Below are positions 9,872 to 21,258 of a stretch of 64,000 bases of DNA, piece by piece. Both the position numbers and the translations under genes were made by a program. Under the pieces are notes generated by a model. It saw nothing but the letters and a program-made list of their open reading frames with translations. It made no database searches and was not told the DNA's origin. Within the stretch, counting starts at the first letter, position 1. Each line of letters opens with the position of its first letter. The stretch is taken from NCBI RefSeq assembly GCF_964213995.1, contig NW_027590498.1, positions 186,001-250,000 of the forward strand, in the 5' to 3' direction. This DNA is from Mustelus asterias (Eukaryota).

Positions 9872-10192
9872 TCACTCGTGAACATGATGGTGTTTCAGCA
9901 GGTGAGGTGACTGAGTGAATCCCTTCCCACACACGGAGCAGGTGAATGGCCTGTCCCCAGTGTGAATTCGCTGGTGCTTTACCAGGTTGGATGATTGACT
10001 GAATCTCTTACCACAATCAGAGCAGGTGAATGGTCTCTCCCCAGTGTGAACTCGCTGGTGTCTCAGCAAGGTGGATGAATCAATAAATCCCTTCCCACAC
10101 TCGGAGCAGATAAATGGCCTCTCCCTATTATGAATTCTCTGGTGTTTCAGCAGGTCGGATGAATCAGTGAATCCCTTCCCACAATCAGAGCA
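9872..10192 (-). pseudogene. ZNF-B2: orphan 4-finger 3' module with its own 3' tail, in frame with ZNF-B
   Basis: ORF 9872-10276 holds 4 intact C2H2 fingers but has no ATG start of its own; it is joined to the ZNF-B 3' tail at about 10193. Confidence 0.8.
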
Positions 10193-10285
10193 TCCTCCCC
10201 ATTGACCAACTGTGAGAATGAACAAAATGCAGTCCTGGATGTAATTGAGAGCAGAAACTATAACAGCAGAATCCAACCTCTGGAA

Positions 10286-10792
10286 TCACTCGTGAACTCG
10301 TTGGTGTCTCAGCAGGTGGGATGAAACTCTGAATCCCTTCCCACACTGAGAGCAGGTGAATGGTCTCTCCCCAGTGTGAACTCGCTGGTGTATCCGCAGG
10401 CTGGATAATCGAGTGAATCTCTTCTCACATTGAGAGCAGGTGAACAGCCTCTCCCCAGTGTGAACTCGCTGGTGTCTCTGCAGGCTCGATGACTGAGTGA
10501 ATCCCTTCCCACACTGAGAGCAGGTGAACGGCCTCTCTCCAGTGTGAACTCGCTGGTGTCTCAGCAGGCTGGATGAATCACAGAATCCCTTCCCACACTG
10601 AGAACACGTGAACGGTCTCTCTCCAGTGTGAACTCGCTGGTGTGACCGCAAGTGGGATAACTGAGTGAATCCCTCCCCACACTGAGAGCAGGTGAATGGC
10701 CTCTCCCCAGTGTGGCTGCGCCGATGAACTTCCAGCTGTGATGGGGCTCTGTATCTCTTCCCACAGTCCCCACATTTCCATGGTTTCTCCAT
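10286..10792 (-). CDS. ZNF-B: C2H2 zinc-finger protein, 6 fingers
   Basis: Uninterrupted ORF from ATG ([12 protein letters not shown]) to TGA; acceptor at 11141-11142. Confidence 0.88.
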   Translation of the reverse strand: MEKPWKCGDCGKRYRAPSQLEVHRRSHTGERPFTCSQCGEGFTQLSHLRSHQRVHTGERPFTCSQCGKGFCDSSSLLRHQRVHTGERPFTCSQCGKGFTQSSSLQRHQRVHTGERLFTCSQCEKRFTRLSSLRIHQRVHTGERPFTCSQCGKGFRVSSHLLRHQRVHE

Positions 10793-11834
10793 GGTGCAGG
10801 TGTCCTTGCCTCTCTCTTGGGTGGACAATCAGTTGAAGCCTCGTCCACACACAGAACACGGGTACCGTCTCTCCCTGCTGTGAATGGTGTGATATTTATT
10901 CAGGCTGTGTAACTGGTTAAAGCTCTTTAGTCAGTGCACTGGAACACTCTCACTCGAGTGTGGCAGTGTGTTGGTGCTTTTCCAGTCACACTGATGTTTG
11001 AAATCTTTTCAAATCAACAGACTGGACAACCTTTTCTCCTTCTAGATTCAAAGGCCGATGATATTCAGCTCCCATGGAATATGACTGTCAGATCTGACGT
11101 GACGTTTGAGATTTCGGCCTGTGATTCCTCTTTCAATATCCTGTAAAACAAGTTTACAAAAGTCATCAGTGTCAGTGCAGGATAGAAATTCAGAACAGAC
11201 AATTCTAGTTTCTATGGAACATTCTTTCCTATTTCAGTCCAAAAAAGCTGTGAATCTCCATCCCACACACTCTCCCTCCATTCTCACTCTGCTGTATCTA
11301 ATATTCACCCTCCCAATTCTCCTGAAGGTGCTGATTGAGGCTGATTGACAGATCCATGCTCACTGCTTCCTGTCCTGGACACAGAGACCAGAACAAATAG
11401 GAGCTGCAGTCGGCCATTTGGCCCATCGAGTCTTTTAAACTATTCAATGAGATAATTCGTTCATCTACCTCAGCATCATTCTCCCCACACTAAACCCATA
11501 TCCCTTGATATCTTCAATATCCAGAAACCAATCAATCTCTCTCTTGAAAATAGTTGATGACTGAGGTTTCACTGTCCTCAGGGGTTGAGAATTCCAAAGC
11601 TTTACCACATCCTTGAGTGAAGAAATCCCCCCACATCTTAGCTTTTGCTCCATCTTCTTGTCTGTTCCCCATAACCCTTGACACCCTTGTCAGTCAAAGA
11701 TCTGTCTAACTGGAATATATTCAATGATCCTCAGCCTCCACTGGTCCCTGGGGAAGAGAAATCCAAAAGACTAACAAGCCTCTGAGGGAAGAGATGTCTG
11801 GAAATATATAACGTAGCTACAGTTCCATATTACA

Positions 11835-12035
11835 AGATATTCAGATCCCAAGGAATATGACTGTCTAGACGTGACGATTGAGATTTTTGCCTGTGATTCC
11901 TTGTTCAAAATCCTGTGAAATGAGTTTGCAAAAGTCATCACAGTCAGTATAGGACAGAAATTCAGAGCAGACAATTCTAGTTTCTATGGAACATTCTTTC
12001 CTATTTCATTCCCAAAAAGTTGTAAATCTCCATCC
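11835..12035 (-). repeat. Duplicate of the ZNF-B splice-acceptor / exon-start module
   Basis: Colinear with 11060-11265 (GTGACG.TTGAGATTT..GCCTGTGATTCC...GAAATTCAGA.CAGACAATTCTAGTTTCTATGGAACATTCTTTCC). Confidence 0.85.
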
Positions 12036-12749
12036 ATATCTATGGATTCTATTTAAAAATGAAAGTGGATGGGCACTTGAAGGAAATAAACTTTCAGGAG
12101 AATGGGATATAGAGTGGGAATGGGACTGGAATGTTATACAGAGAGTCAGCATGGACTCGAGTTACCGAATGGATTCCTTCTGTGCTGTAATGACTTTATG
12201 ACTGGAAATGTATAACATCGCTGCAGTATTATATTACAATGCAAGAAATAATAATAAATATATTTTATTACAGAAACATAAATAATGTATCTAATCTGGG
12301 TACCATATAATAACACTAGACATATCTCTGTCCTATATTAACCTTCTGTCCCCTTAAATGTCAGCCATCTCCTGCCCTTTAATTGTGAACATTAGGAAAG
12401 AGACCATCCTTTTAGACAGAAAGAAGATTAACGTTTCAGGGTGGGCAGAATGAATTGCAGGGAATAAAAATGTATCAGATTTTGTTGGTCAATATAAGCT
12501 CAGAAGTGGAAAGGAAATGATCTCCAGTGGAAGAGAAACAATTCCTGAACATTGTAAGACTAAGCTGGCAAATCAGCAGTGAATAGAGTTGTGAAGTGAT
12601 AAAAACCTCATCAAGACATTGCTTGCGGAAATAATAGTTAAAATACACCCATTATTAGAGGCAGAGGAAGGTAGACAATGTCAGAGAGCTGATCAGGGAG
12701 GGCAGAGGTGAAACAGAGAAATGGATGGCCGTTTAAAAATTCATAAAAA

Positions 12750-13970
12750 GCATGGTTAGCAAGTTTGCAGACGATATTGAATTCGGAGGTATCGCTGATA
12801 GTGAAGAAGGTTATCAAAAATTACAGGGAGATCTTGATCAGTTGATCGGTTAGGGAAGTGGGCCGATGATTGGCAAATGGATTTCAGTACAGATAATACA
12901 GAGTACAGAGGCACAACCTCAGGCTAAAGGTCCTTTAAAACAGAGATAAGGACGAATTTCTTCAGCCAGAGAGTGGTGAATTTGTGGAACTCTTTGCCGC
13001 AGAAGGCTGTGGAGGCCAAGTCATTGACTGTCTTTAAGACAGAGATAGATAGGTTCTTGATTAATAAGGGGATCTGGGGTGATGGGAAAAAGGCAGGAGA
13101 ATGGGGGGAGAAAAATATCAGCCATGATTGAATGGCGGAGCAGACTCGATGGGCCAAGTGGTCTAATTCTGCTCCTATGTCTTATGGTCTTAAGTGTGAG
13201 TGTTGCATTTTGGAAAGTCAAACCAGGGGAGGACTTGTACAGTGAATGGTAAGGCCCTGGGGAGTGTTGAGGAACAGAGGAACCCAGGAGTACAAGTACA
13301 TAGTTTGTTGGAAGTGGCAGCACAGGTAGACAGAGTGGTGAAGAAGGCATTTAGCACACTGGCCTTCATCAGTCAGGGCACTGAGTTTAGGAGTTGGGAC
13401 ATTATGTTATAGTTGTATAAGTTGTTGATGAGGCTGCACTTGGAGTACTGTGTACAGTTTTTGTAACCCTGTCATAGGAAAGACATTGATAAACTGGAAA
13501 GAGTGAAAAGAAGATTTATGAGGATGTTGCCGGGACTAATGGGCCTGAGTGATAGCGAGAGGTTGGACAGGTGAGGGCTTTATTCCTTCGAACACAGGAG
13601 AATATGGGGTGACTATATTGAGGTGTATTAAATCATGGGGGGCATAGATAGGATGAACCCACATTGCCTTTTTGCCAGGGTAGCGCAATTGAAAATTAGA
13701 GGGCATAGGTTTAAGGTGAGAGGGGAAAGATTAAAAGGGACCTGAAGGGCAACATCTTCATGCAGAGGGTGTACATGGAATGAACTGCCAGAGAAAGTGG
13801 TTGAGACAGGTTTAAACATTTAGAAAGCATAAGTACATGAATTGGAAAGGATTAGAGGGATATGAGCCAAACATGGGCAATTGGGACGAGCTGGGAGGGC
13901 ACCATGGTTGGCATGGATCAGGTGGGCCCAAGGGCCTGTTTCCGTGCTGTATTGCTCTATGACTCTATGT
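12750..13970 (+). mobile_element. CR1 fragments (nested)
   Basis: KFADD-like region at about 12760, a 3' end at 12930-13190, and MLHFGKSNQGR... through a CTCTATGA tail at 13968. Confidence 0.88.
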
Positions 13971-13989
13971 GTTGGCTGCGTCAGCATCT

Positions 13990-14250
13990 ATTGCGCATAA
14001 CTCATTGCCCTTGAACTGAGTGGTTTGCATTGCTGGGGGATGTGGTAATTTCCTTCTTTAAAGGACATTATTAAATTGGATGGATTTTTACAACAATTGT
14101 CATCAATGGACTTCTAATTCTGGATTTTTACTGAATTCAAATTTCAACATCTGCCATTGTGGGATTCGAATCCAGGATTCACAGTGTATTGCCCTGGATC
14201 CCTGTATTACTAATCCAATGACACTGTCACTGCACCATTGCCTGCCCATC
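13990..14250 (-). mobile_element. Third tRNA-SINE family, degenerate
   Basis: TTGCCCTTGAACTGAG ... GGGATTCGAATCCAGG (reverse B box). Confidence 0.65.
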
Positions 14251-14796
14251 CATGGTAAAGGAGTCACAATAGCCTGAGATCCATGGAATCAGAGCATGCT
14301 CTAAATTTAAATTAATGCTCACTCACACTCACCCCAAAACAATTTCACTGTTTTCAACGTTTTAAATCTGCTGGAGTCTACGTCTGCAAAGATCTCAGGG
14401 AGATTGGTGTCTGGGAAAAATGTTGCAATCTTCAAATCTTCTCCCTGTAAATGATGAAAATTATAGGTGCAATTCAATGTTAGAAATTCAAGACAGACAA
14501 ACATTTCTTTTGGTCTGAGTTTGCTGTGAGTAAATCCTCCCCTTCTAACCCCCTGTAAAAGGAGTTTCCAAAATCCATCAGCATCTGTCCAGAACAGAAA
14601 TTCAAAACATTCTCTCCTATTGCTTGCACAGAATTACTTTAGTGGGACAAAATTGCAGTGGAGGCAGTTCAGAGAAGATCCAGTTGGTTGATTCCTGAAA
14701 TGAGGAGTTTTATCTTTCAGGTTGAGCAGCTGGGGCCTGTACTCTTTGGAGTTTAGAAGACTGAGAAGTAATCTTATTGAAACATCTGGGAATTTC

Positions 14797-15112
14797 AGGG
14801 TGGCATAATGGTTCGCACTGCTGCCTCACAGCACCAGGATCCCAAGTTCAATTCCAGCGTTGGGTCACTGTCTGTGTGGAGTTTGCACATTTTCCCCTTG
14901 TCTGTGAGTTTCCTCAGGGTGCTCCAGTTTCCTCCCACAGTCCAAAGATGTATGGATTAGGTGGATCAACCATGCTAAATTGACCCAAGTGTCAGGGGGA
15001 TTAGCAGGGTAAATGCAGGGGGTTGTGGGGATGGGGCTGGGTGGAATTGTGGTTGGTACAAACTTGATGGGTCGAATGGCCTCCTTCTGCACTGTTGGGA
15101 TTCTATGATTCA
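14797..15112 (+). mobile_element. HE1-like SINE inserted in a CR1 fragment
   Basis: A/B boxes, V domain and ATTCTATGATT tail; CR1 sequence on both sides (14650-14790, 15115-15330). Confidence 0.88.
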
Positions 15113-15349
15113 TATGATATAAGGTGCTTGACAAGGTAGATGCTGAGGATGTTTCCTTTGGTGTGGGAATCAAGTCGAAATAAAGGATTTAAGATTAAGA
15201 TGAAGAGAGATCTTTTCTCTCAATGGGCTATTGATCTTTGGAACTCTGTCTTCACCAGAGAGGATTGGAGGCAGGTCATTGAATATATTCAAAGCTGAGG
15301 TTCTGATCCACAAGAAAGTCATGGGTATTGACGGGGTGGGGGCAGCAAA

Positions 15350-16620
15350 GTCATAGATTCATAGAGATTTGCAGCATGGAAAACGGCCCTTTGGCCCAAC
15401 TTGTCCATGCTGCCCTTTTTTTTAAACCCTTAAGCTCATCCCAATTGCCCACATTTGGCCCATATCCCTCTATACCCATGTAACTATCTAAATGCTATTT
15501 AAAAGACTAAATTGTACCCGCCTCTACTACTACCTCTGGCAGCTTGTTCCAAATACTCACCACCCTATCTAACTGCAACGGGATCTTGATCAATTGGGCC
15601 AGTGGGCTGACGAATGGCAGATGGAGTTTAATTTAGACAAATGCGAGGTGATGCATTTTGGTAGATTGAACCAGGGCAGGACTTATTCAGTTAATGGTAG
15701 AGTTACAGAACAAAGAGATCTAGGGGTACATGTTCATAGCTCCTTGAAAGTGGAGCCACAGGTGGACAGAGTGGTGAAGAAAGCATTCGGCATACTTGGT
15801 TTCATCGGTCAGAACATTGAATACAGGTGTTGGAATGTCTTGTTGAAGTTGTACAAGACATTGGGAAAACCACACTTGGAATACTGTGTGCAATTCTGGT
15901 CACCCTATTATAGAAAGGATATTATTAAACTAAAAAGAGTGCAGCAAAGATTTACTAGGATGCTACTGGGACTTGATGGATTGAGTTATAAGGAGAGGCT
16001 GGATAGACTGGGACTTTTTTCTCTTGAGCGTAGGAAGCTGAGCAGTGATCTTAGAGAGGTCTATAAAATAATGAGGGGCATAGATCAGCTGGATAGTCAA
16101 TATCTTTTCCCAAAGGTAGGGGAGTCTAATACTAGAGGGCAGAGGTTTAAATTGAGAGGGGAGAGATACAAAGTGTCCAGAGGGGCAATTTTTTCACAGA
16201 GGGTGGTGAGTGTCTGGAACAAGTAGTAGTCGAGGCGGGTTCAATTTTGTCTTTTAAAAAGCATTTCGATAGTTACATGGGTATGATGGGTATAGAGGGA
16301 TATGGGCCAAATGCGGGCAATTGGGATTTTTACAAAAGTGCGGCATGGACAAGTTGGGCCGAAGGGCCTGTTTCCATGCTGTAAACCTCTATGACTCTAT
16401 GACCCTCTGTGTGAACAAATTGCTCCTCTGGACACTTTTGTATCTCTCCCGTCTCACCTTAAACCTATGCCCTCTAGTTCTAGACTCCCCTACCTTTGGG
16501 AAAAGATACTGACTATCTAGCTGATCTGTGCCCCTCATTATTTTATAGCCCTCTATAAGATCACCCCTCCGTCTCCTGTGCTCCAGAGAAAAAAAGTCCC
16601 AGTCTATCCAGCCTCTCCAA
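15350..16620. mobile_element. CR1 (+, 15570-16400) nested in a CR1 (-) of the same subfamily
   Basis: ORF 15594-16226 is the CR1 ORF2 C-terminus; flanks 15350-15568 and 16401-16620 are contiguous reverse CR1 with ACCCT at both junctions. Confidence 0.88.
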
Positions 16621-16689
16621 AGTAGACATGATCTTATTGAATGATGCAGCAGGCTCGATGGGCCGAATGACTGGCTCCTGTTCCGAATT

Positions 16690-17160
16690 CTTCTTCGGAT
16701 GTGCTTGGATAGTTGCGCATGCGCCCTGCAACATATTGTCCCTCTGAAGATCGTGGTTCTGAACCAGCCCCTGAAACCACGCCCGTTATGACCAGCCCGA
16801 GAGCATGCGCTCTCCTTCCCCGCTGGAACAAGATGGCGGCCGAAAACCGGGGCCTGTTCCTGGGAAAAAAAACCCAAGAGCTGCAAACCCGGAACCCGCA
16901 TGGTCTTATTCGCGCCTTGCAACCTGCAGCGGGTATTTGTGGAGCCTCCGCTCCCTCCCCACCCCGACTCCATTCCTCCCTCCGCCACACTGACTCTCAC
17001 CCGCTGAAAAAAACGTCCGCCGCACTCGCAGGGCTCTGAGCAAAGTGGCACTGCGCAGGCTCCAGATACAGCACTGCGCCTGCGCAATAGGCTGTGTGGA
17101 CTGAACAGGACACTTTGACACCCGCAGGCATACTTGGGAATTAACGGCGCCATTGTCAAT
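16690..17160 (-). promoter_or_regulatory. CpG-rich promoter cassette (type III), probably for ZNF-B
   Basis: NRF1-type TGCGCATGCGC (16713) and TGCGCCTGCGCA (17075); YY1 CAAGATGGCGGC (about 16829); homologous to 28880-29030 and 63090-63230. Confidence 0.72.
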
Positions 17161-17719
17161 CAAAGACATAATAGAAAACTATCTGGTGCAATTGAGATTA
17201 ATTAATTTTTAAAAATACATTCCTCTGAATTTGTGATGAATTGGCCTGTGTACTAAGCAGATATTAAGGTTCCATTTAAAATTAAAAGAAAAGATGCTGA
17301 TAAAACGCAGCAGGATTGAGAGAGAACCCACAGAGGCAAGTTATGAATAGAGTTCAGACTGAAGCAACAATAAAAAAACGCACACGGGGGGCCAGGAACT
17401 GAGTTCTGCATCCAACAGACAGCCTAATTCATGCCAGCTCCTAACTGTGTTTCTAAACTCGAACCTATAAAACAGTACCACAGAAATAAAACTCTGGAGA
17501 GACTGGTTCCGGGACAAAGAAAATAAATACTGGAGATAGTCATCAGGCAAGGCAGCCTGTGAGAGTCACAAACAGAATTGAGGGTTCAGGTTGCTGACCT
17601 GCCCTCAGTCTGCAATTAAACATTTAGAGTCAGTCACTGATTAATGGCGGTCACAATTCCCACAATGTTCGGCGCCTCAGAAACCCCTCCATTCAAAAGT
17701 TGTTCGCCGGAATTCACTA

Positions 17720-18560
17720 ATCATAGAATCCTTACAGTGCAGAAAGCGGCCATTCGATCCATCGAGTCTGTACTGCAACGGCAACAATATATTCTGCACC
17801 CGACTCTTTTCCTTTCCCCCTATGTACTCTATCAATTTACTTTTTTTCTGTACAGCACGCAAGAAATAATACTTTTCACCGTATCCCAGAACATGCGACA
17901 ATAATAAATCAAATTAGACACTACATATCTTGGACACCAAGGGACAAATTTACCTAACCTGCACATCTTTGGGCTATGAGAAAAAAACCGGAGCACCCAG
18001 AGGAAATGCACACAGACAGAGGGAGATTGTGCAAACTCCACACATGAGGTGGAGATGCCAGCGCTGAACTGGGGTGAGCACAGTAAGAAGCCTCAAAATA
18101 CAAGGTTAAAGACCAACAGGTTTATTTGGAACCACAAGCTTTCAGAGCGCTGATGAAGGAGCAGTGCTCTGCAAGCTCGTGATTCCAAATAACCAAAAGA
18201 GAGAATGCTGGAAAATCTCAGCAGATTTGGCAACATCTATAAGGAGAGAAAAGAGCTGACATTTCGAGACCAGATGACTCTTTGTCAAAGCTTTGATAAA
18301 GACTCATGTGGACTCGAAGCATCAGTTCTTTTCTCTCCTTACAGATCCTGCCATATCGGCTGAGATTTTCCAGCAACTTCTCTTTTGGTTTCAAATTCCA
18401 GCATCCGCAATAAGTTACTTTGATTCCAAATAAACTTATTGGACTTTAACTTGGTGTTATGAGACTTCTTCCTGAGCAAACTCCAGAGAGACAGTCACCC
18501 ACCACTGGAATCGAACTCTGACTCAGTGAGGCAGCAGTGCTAACCACTGTGCCACAGTGA
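17720..18560 (-). mobile_element. HE1-like SINE interrupted by nested insertions
   Basis: Tail 17720-17785, body 17915-18043, head 18476-18560; Rex1-type tail at 17790-17912. Confidence 0.75.
18044..18475 (-). mobile_element. Penelope-derived palindromic element (family 1) containing a family-2 palindrome (18194-18420)
   Basis: Outer TSD GCAAACTCCA (18031/18476); inner TSD TGATTCCAAATAA (18180/18421); hammerhead-like CTGATGAAGGAGCAGTGCTCT at 18150. Confidence 0.8.
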
Positions 18561-19729
18561 AGGTAGTTTGCCGCAAATTTCGGGTGATAACAATGGGCTG
18601 GATGTTGCTCAGAATGTGGAGCACTGCAGCAAAGTACAGAGAGACAGAGCAGCAGACTGGACTGAGAAATGGAGTCTGCAGACTGGAACTGGCAGCATGA
18701 GGAGAGGTTATTTAGTCTACAGCAATCTACAACCCACCCCTATTACCGAGACAGTGAGACAGAGATTACAAACACTCACCAACACAGCTCCACTGAAACG
18801 TCCCAGGAAAAAGGGGGAAATCTGTGGCAGTTCATGTCCTGATATAGCCCCAGGACTGTCACTCAAAGCCCCAACCCGGCCCAGTTCTCAGCTCAGCCTC
18901 TCAGCTTGCAGCTTCCTGCACCTTGAGGCAACCCTGTCCAGGTGTGGGAGGTCTGTGGAACCACAGACTGGGGGGTGGGGTGACCTCCTGCTGTGCCCCA
19001 AATAGTTTCTCCTTCCCGTCCCCCTTGGCGCTCTAAGATCTGAATGTTGATCTGTTGATGGACATTGCAGAGCCTAACTGAGCTGCGCCTGTCCCTTATC
19101 CTGGGTCACTCCCTCCCCCTGGGGTCAGTGTGTTCAGTTCGCTGCTTCTTTCCCTGCTGAACCTCCAGACTGGAAGCATTAACTCCATTCTCTCTCCACA
19201 GATGCTGTCAGACCTGCTGAGATTTTCCAGCATTTTCTGTTTCTGTTTCAGATTCCAGCATCCGCAGTATTTTGCTTTTATCTTCATTTAAACAAACATT
19301 CTTTGACGGCCTTTACCCCCATTGCTCCTTTCCAGAGCTTCCCACCTTCTGCTATTGTCCGTAACTCCCACATTAACTCTGTCATTCCTCCCCTTTACCC
19401 CGCTCACCCTGTCTGAAATCAGCTCAGAGTTTTACCGCCATCTCCCCCTCCCCCAGCCTCCACATCCCAACACCCGGAATCTCTAACCCAGCGGTTCCAG
19501 TTTGTCTGGTTTGAGTTCAGATTTGCCGCAGCACCGACAGGATTTCACTTCAAACCAGCCGGAACTGACTGCTCACAAATCCCAAAATGTTTCTCCAGCA
19601 GCCCGGGCTTGTTAACGTTGTTTAAAGTCAGCGCCCAAATGCAGTTACTCTCCTCAGTTTAAAAAACTTCTCCGTTTAATCTAAAGTATTATTCGCACCA
19701 GACGCAAACACAAAATTGTGAACGTTACC

Positions 19730-19787
19730 CTACCACCGCCCCCCCCCCCCCCCGCCCCCCCCCCCCCCCCCCGCCCACCACCCCCAG
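19730..19787 (-). repeat. Poly-C/G tract (G-quadruplex-capable on minus strand)
   Basis: Long C runs interrupted by single G or A. Confidence 0.85.
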
Positions 19788-19887
19788 ACCCGAGCTGGGG
19801 TGTCCTGAGTAAGAGACATCTGTTCCAGGTGTGACAATTCTTACACATTGTCTGGTTGGAAATATTCATGAATGAAAGCAAGTTGCT

Positions 19888-20040
19888 GCTTTTGTCAAAA
19901 GGGTCACCTGAATTCGAAACGTCAGCTCTTTTTGTCTCCTTACAGATGCTGCCAGACCTGCTGAGATTTTCCAGCGTTTTCTCTTTTGGCTGGAAATACT
20001 CAACAAGTCAGGCAGCCTCTGTGGAGAGAGGAACAGACTG
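19888..20040 (+). mobile_element. Penelope-type family 2 repeat with decayed hammerhead
   Basis: TTTGTCAAAAGGGTCACCTGAATTCGAAACGTCAGC...AGATGCTGCCAGACCTGCTGAGATTTTCCAGC; related pieces at 19150-19285, 20388-20440, 38760-38850 and 52240-52295. Confidence 0.65.
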
Positions 20041-20444
20041 AATGTGACCTGTCATCGGAACTGGGAAATATATTATTATTTCTCGCAACTGAAAGAGACA
20101 CTTTACAGCCTTCAGAACAAAACTGAGCTCAACAATTTTACACCACAATCTCTGCCCCCATTGTGATCTGTGTTTCGTTGCTGCTTTTTTCACCTCATTT
20201 CCCTCTTGTTTACTTTACATTCAGACTATCGCTCACCGGCTATTCACACCTCATCCAGAACATCTTTTGTGTCTTTACTTGTTCAATTACCACTCGTTTT
20301 GGTCTTGGGCCGTGAAACATTTTGTCAGTTTGCAGATCTTTCATTTTGTTCTTCTCCACCTCCCTCTCTCAATTCTTCAGAGGTCAGTCTTTGACAAAGG
20401 GTCATCTGGACTCGAAACGTCAGCACTTTTCTCTCTTGACAAAT

Positions 20445-20918
20445 GCCCGTGACCGCTGAAGTGCGTCATGGGCATTCAGCCTCTGATCTTTGGGTAAGCA
20501 TTCTCCAAGGCGGCCTTCACGACACACGACAGCGCAGAGTCGCTGAGCAGAAACTGATAGCCAAGTTTCGCACACATGAGGACGGCCTAAACCGGGATGT
20601 TGGCTTTATGTCACACTGTCAGTAACCCCCACAGCTTGCCTCCTGGACTTGCTGGCTGTCCTGTCTGGAGACAATACACATCTCTTTAACCTGTGCTTAA
20701 TGCTCCCTCCACTCACATTGTCTGTATCTTTAAGAACTGGTTGGCTGTAGAGATTTGCATTCTAATCAGTATTCTGTAACTTGATTTTGTGTCTCTGTGC
20801 CCTGTTTGAGAGCAGATTTCCACTCCATCTGACGAAGGAGCAGCGCTCCAAAAGCTAATGGTATTTGCTATCAAATAAACCTGTTGGACTTTAACCTGGT
20901 GTTGTTAAAACTGTTACT
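20445..20918 (+). mobile_element. Penelope-like element 3' end (GIY-YIG endonuclease C-terminus plus pseudo-LTR with hammerhead remnant)
   Basis: HSASDLWVSILQGGLHDTRQRRVAEQKLIAKFRTHEDGLNRD fits the Penelope GIY-YIG end (R...E...I..L.T....GLN); CTGACGAAGGAGCAGCGCTCCAAAAGC at 20829. Confidence 0.85.
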
Positions 20919-20977
20919 CTAAATATATCCCCATCGCTCCGGGTGGGAGTGGAATTGATGATTTCTTGACTGTCTGT

Positions 20978-21247
20978 CTGCACTGCTGCCTCACAGTGCC
21001 AGGGACCCGGGTTCAATTCCCAGCTTGGGTCACTGTCTGTGTGGAGTCTGCACGTTCTCCCCGTGTCTGTGTGGGTTCCCTCCGGGTGCTCCGGTTTCCT
21101 CCCACCGTCTGAAAGATGTGCTATTTAGGTGCATTGACCCAAACAGGTGCTGGAGTGTGGCGACGAGGGGAATTTCACAGTAACTTCATTGCAGTGTTAA
21201 TGTAAGCTTTACTTGTGACTAATAAATAAATTTAACTTTTAACTTTA
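20978..21247 (+). mobile_element. V-SINE with alternative (type 2) 3' tail
   Basis: Same head and V domain as HE1, but tail GGAGTGTGGCGAC...CACAGTAACTTCATTGCAGTGTTAATGTAAGC.TACTTGTGAC...AATAAA. Confidence 0.85.
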
Positions 21248-21258
21248 ATTTTGTGAAC

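Noticed and set aside
16833-17039. MAA... peptide starting in the YY1 motif (also at about 28996 and 63194)
   Set aside because: Antisense to the associated genes and not frame-conserved among copies; the ATG is part of the YY1 site.
16389-17159. 256-aa minus-strand ORF
   Set aside because: Chance read-through of a CpG promoter into a CR1 fragment; no coherent domain.
18770-19160. Possible minus-strand exon ending at a GTGAGT donor (about 18779)
   Set aside because: No recognisable product or partner exon; cannot be supported without RNA data.
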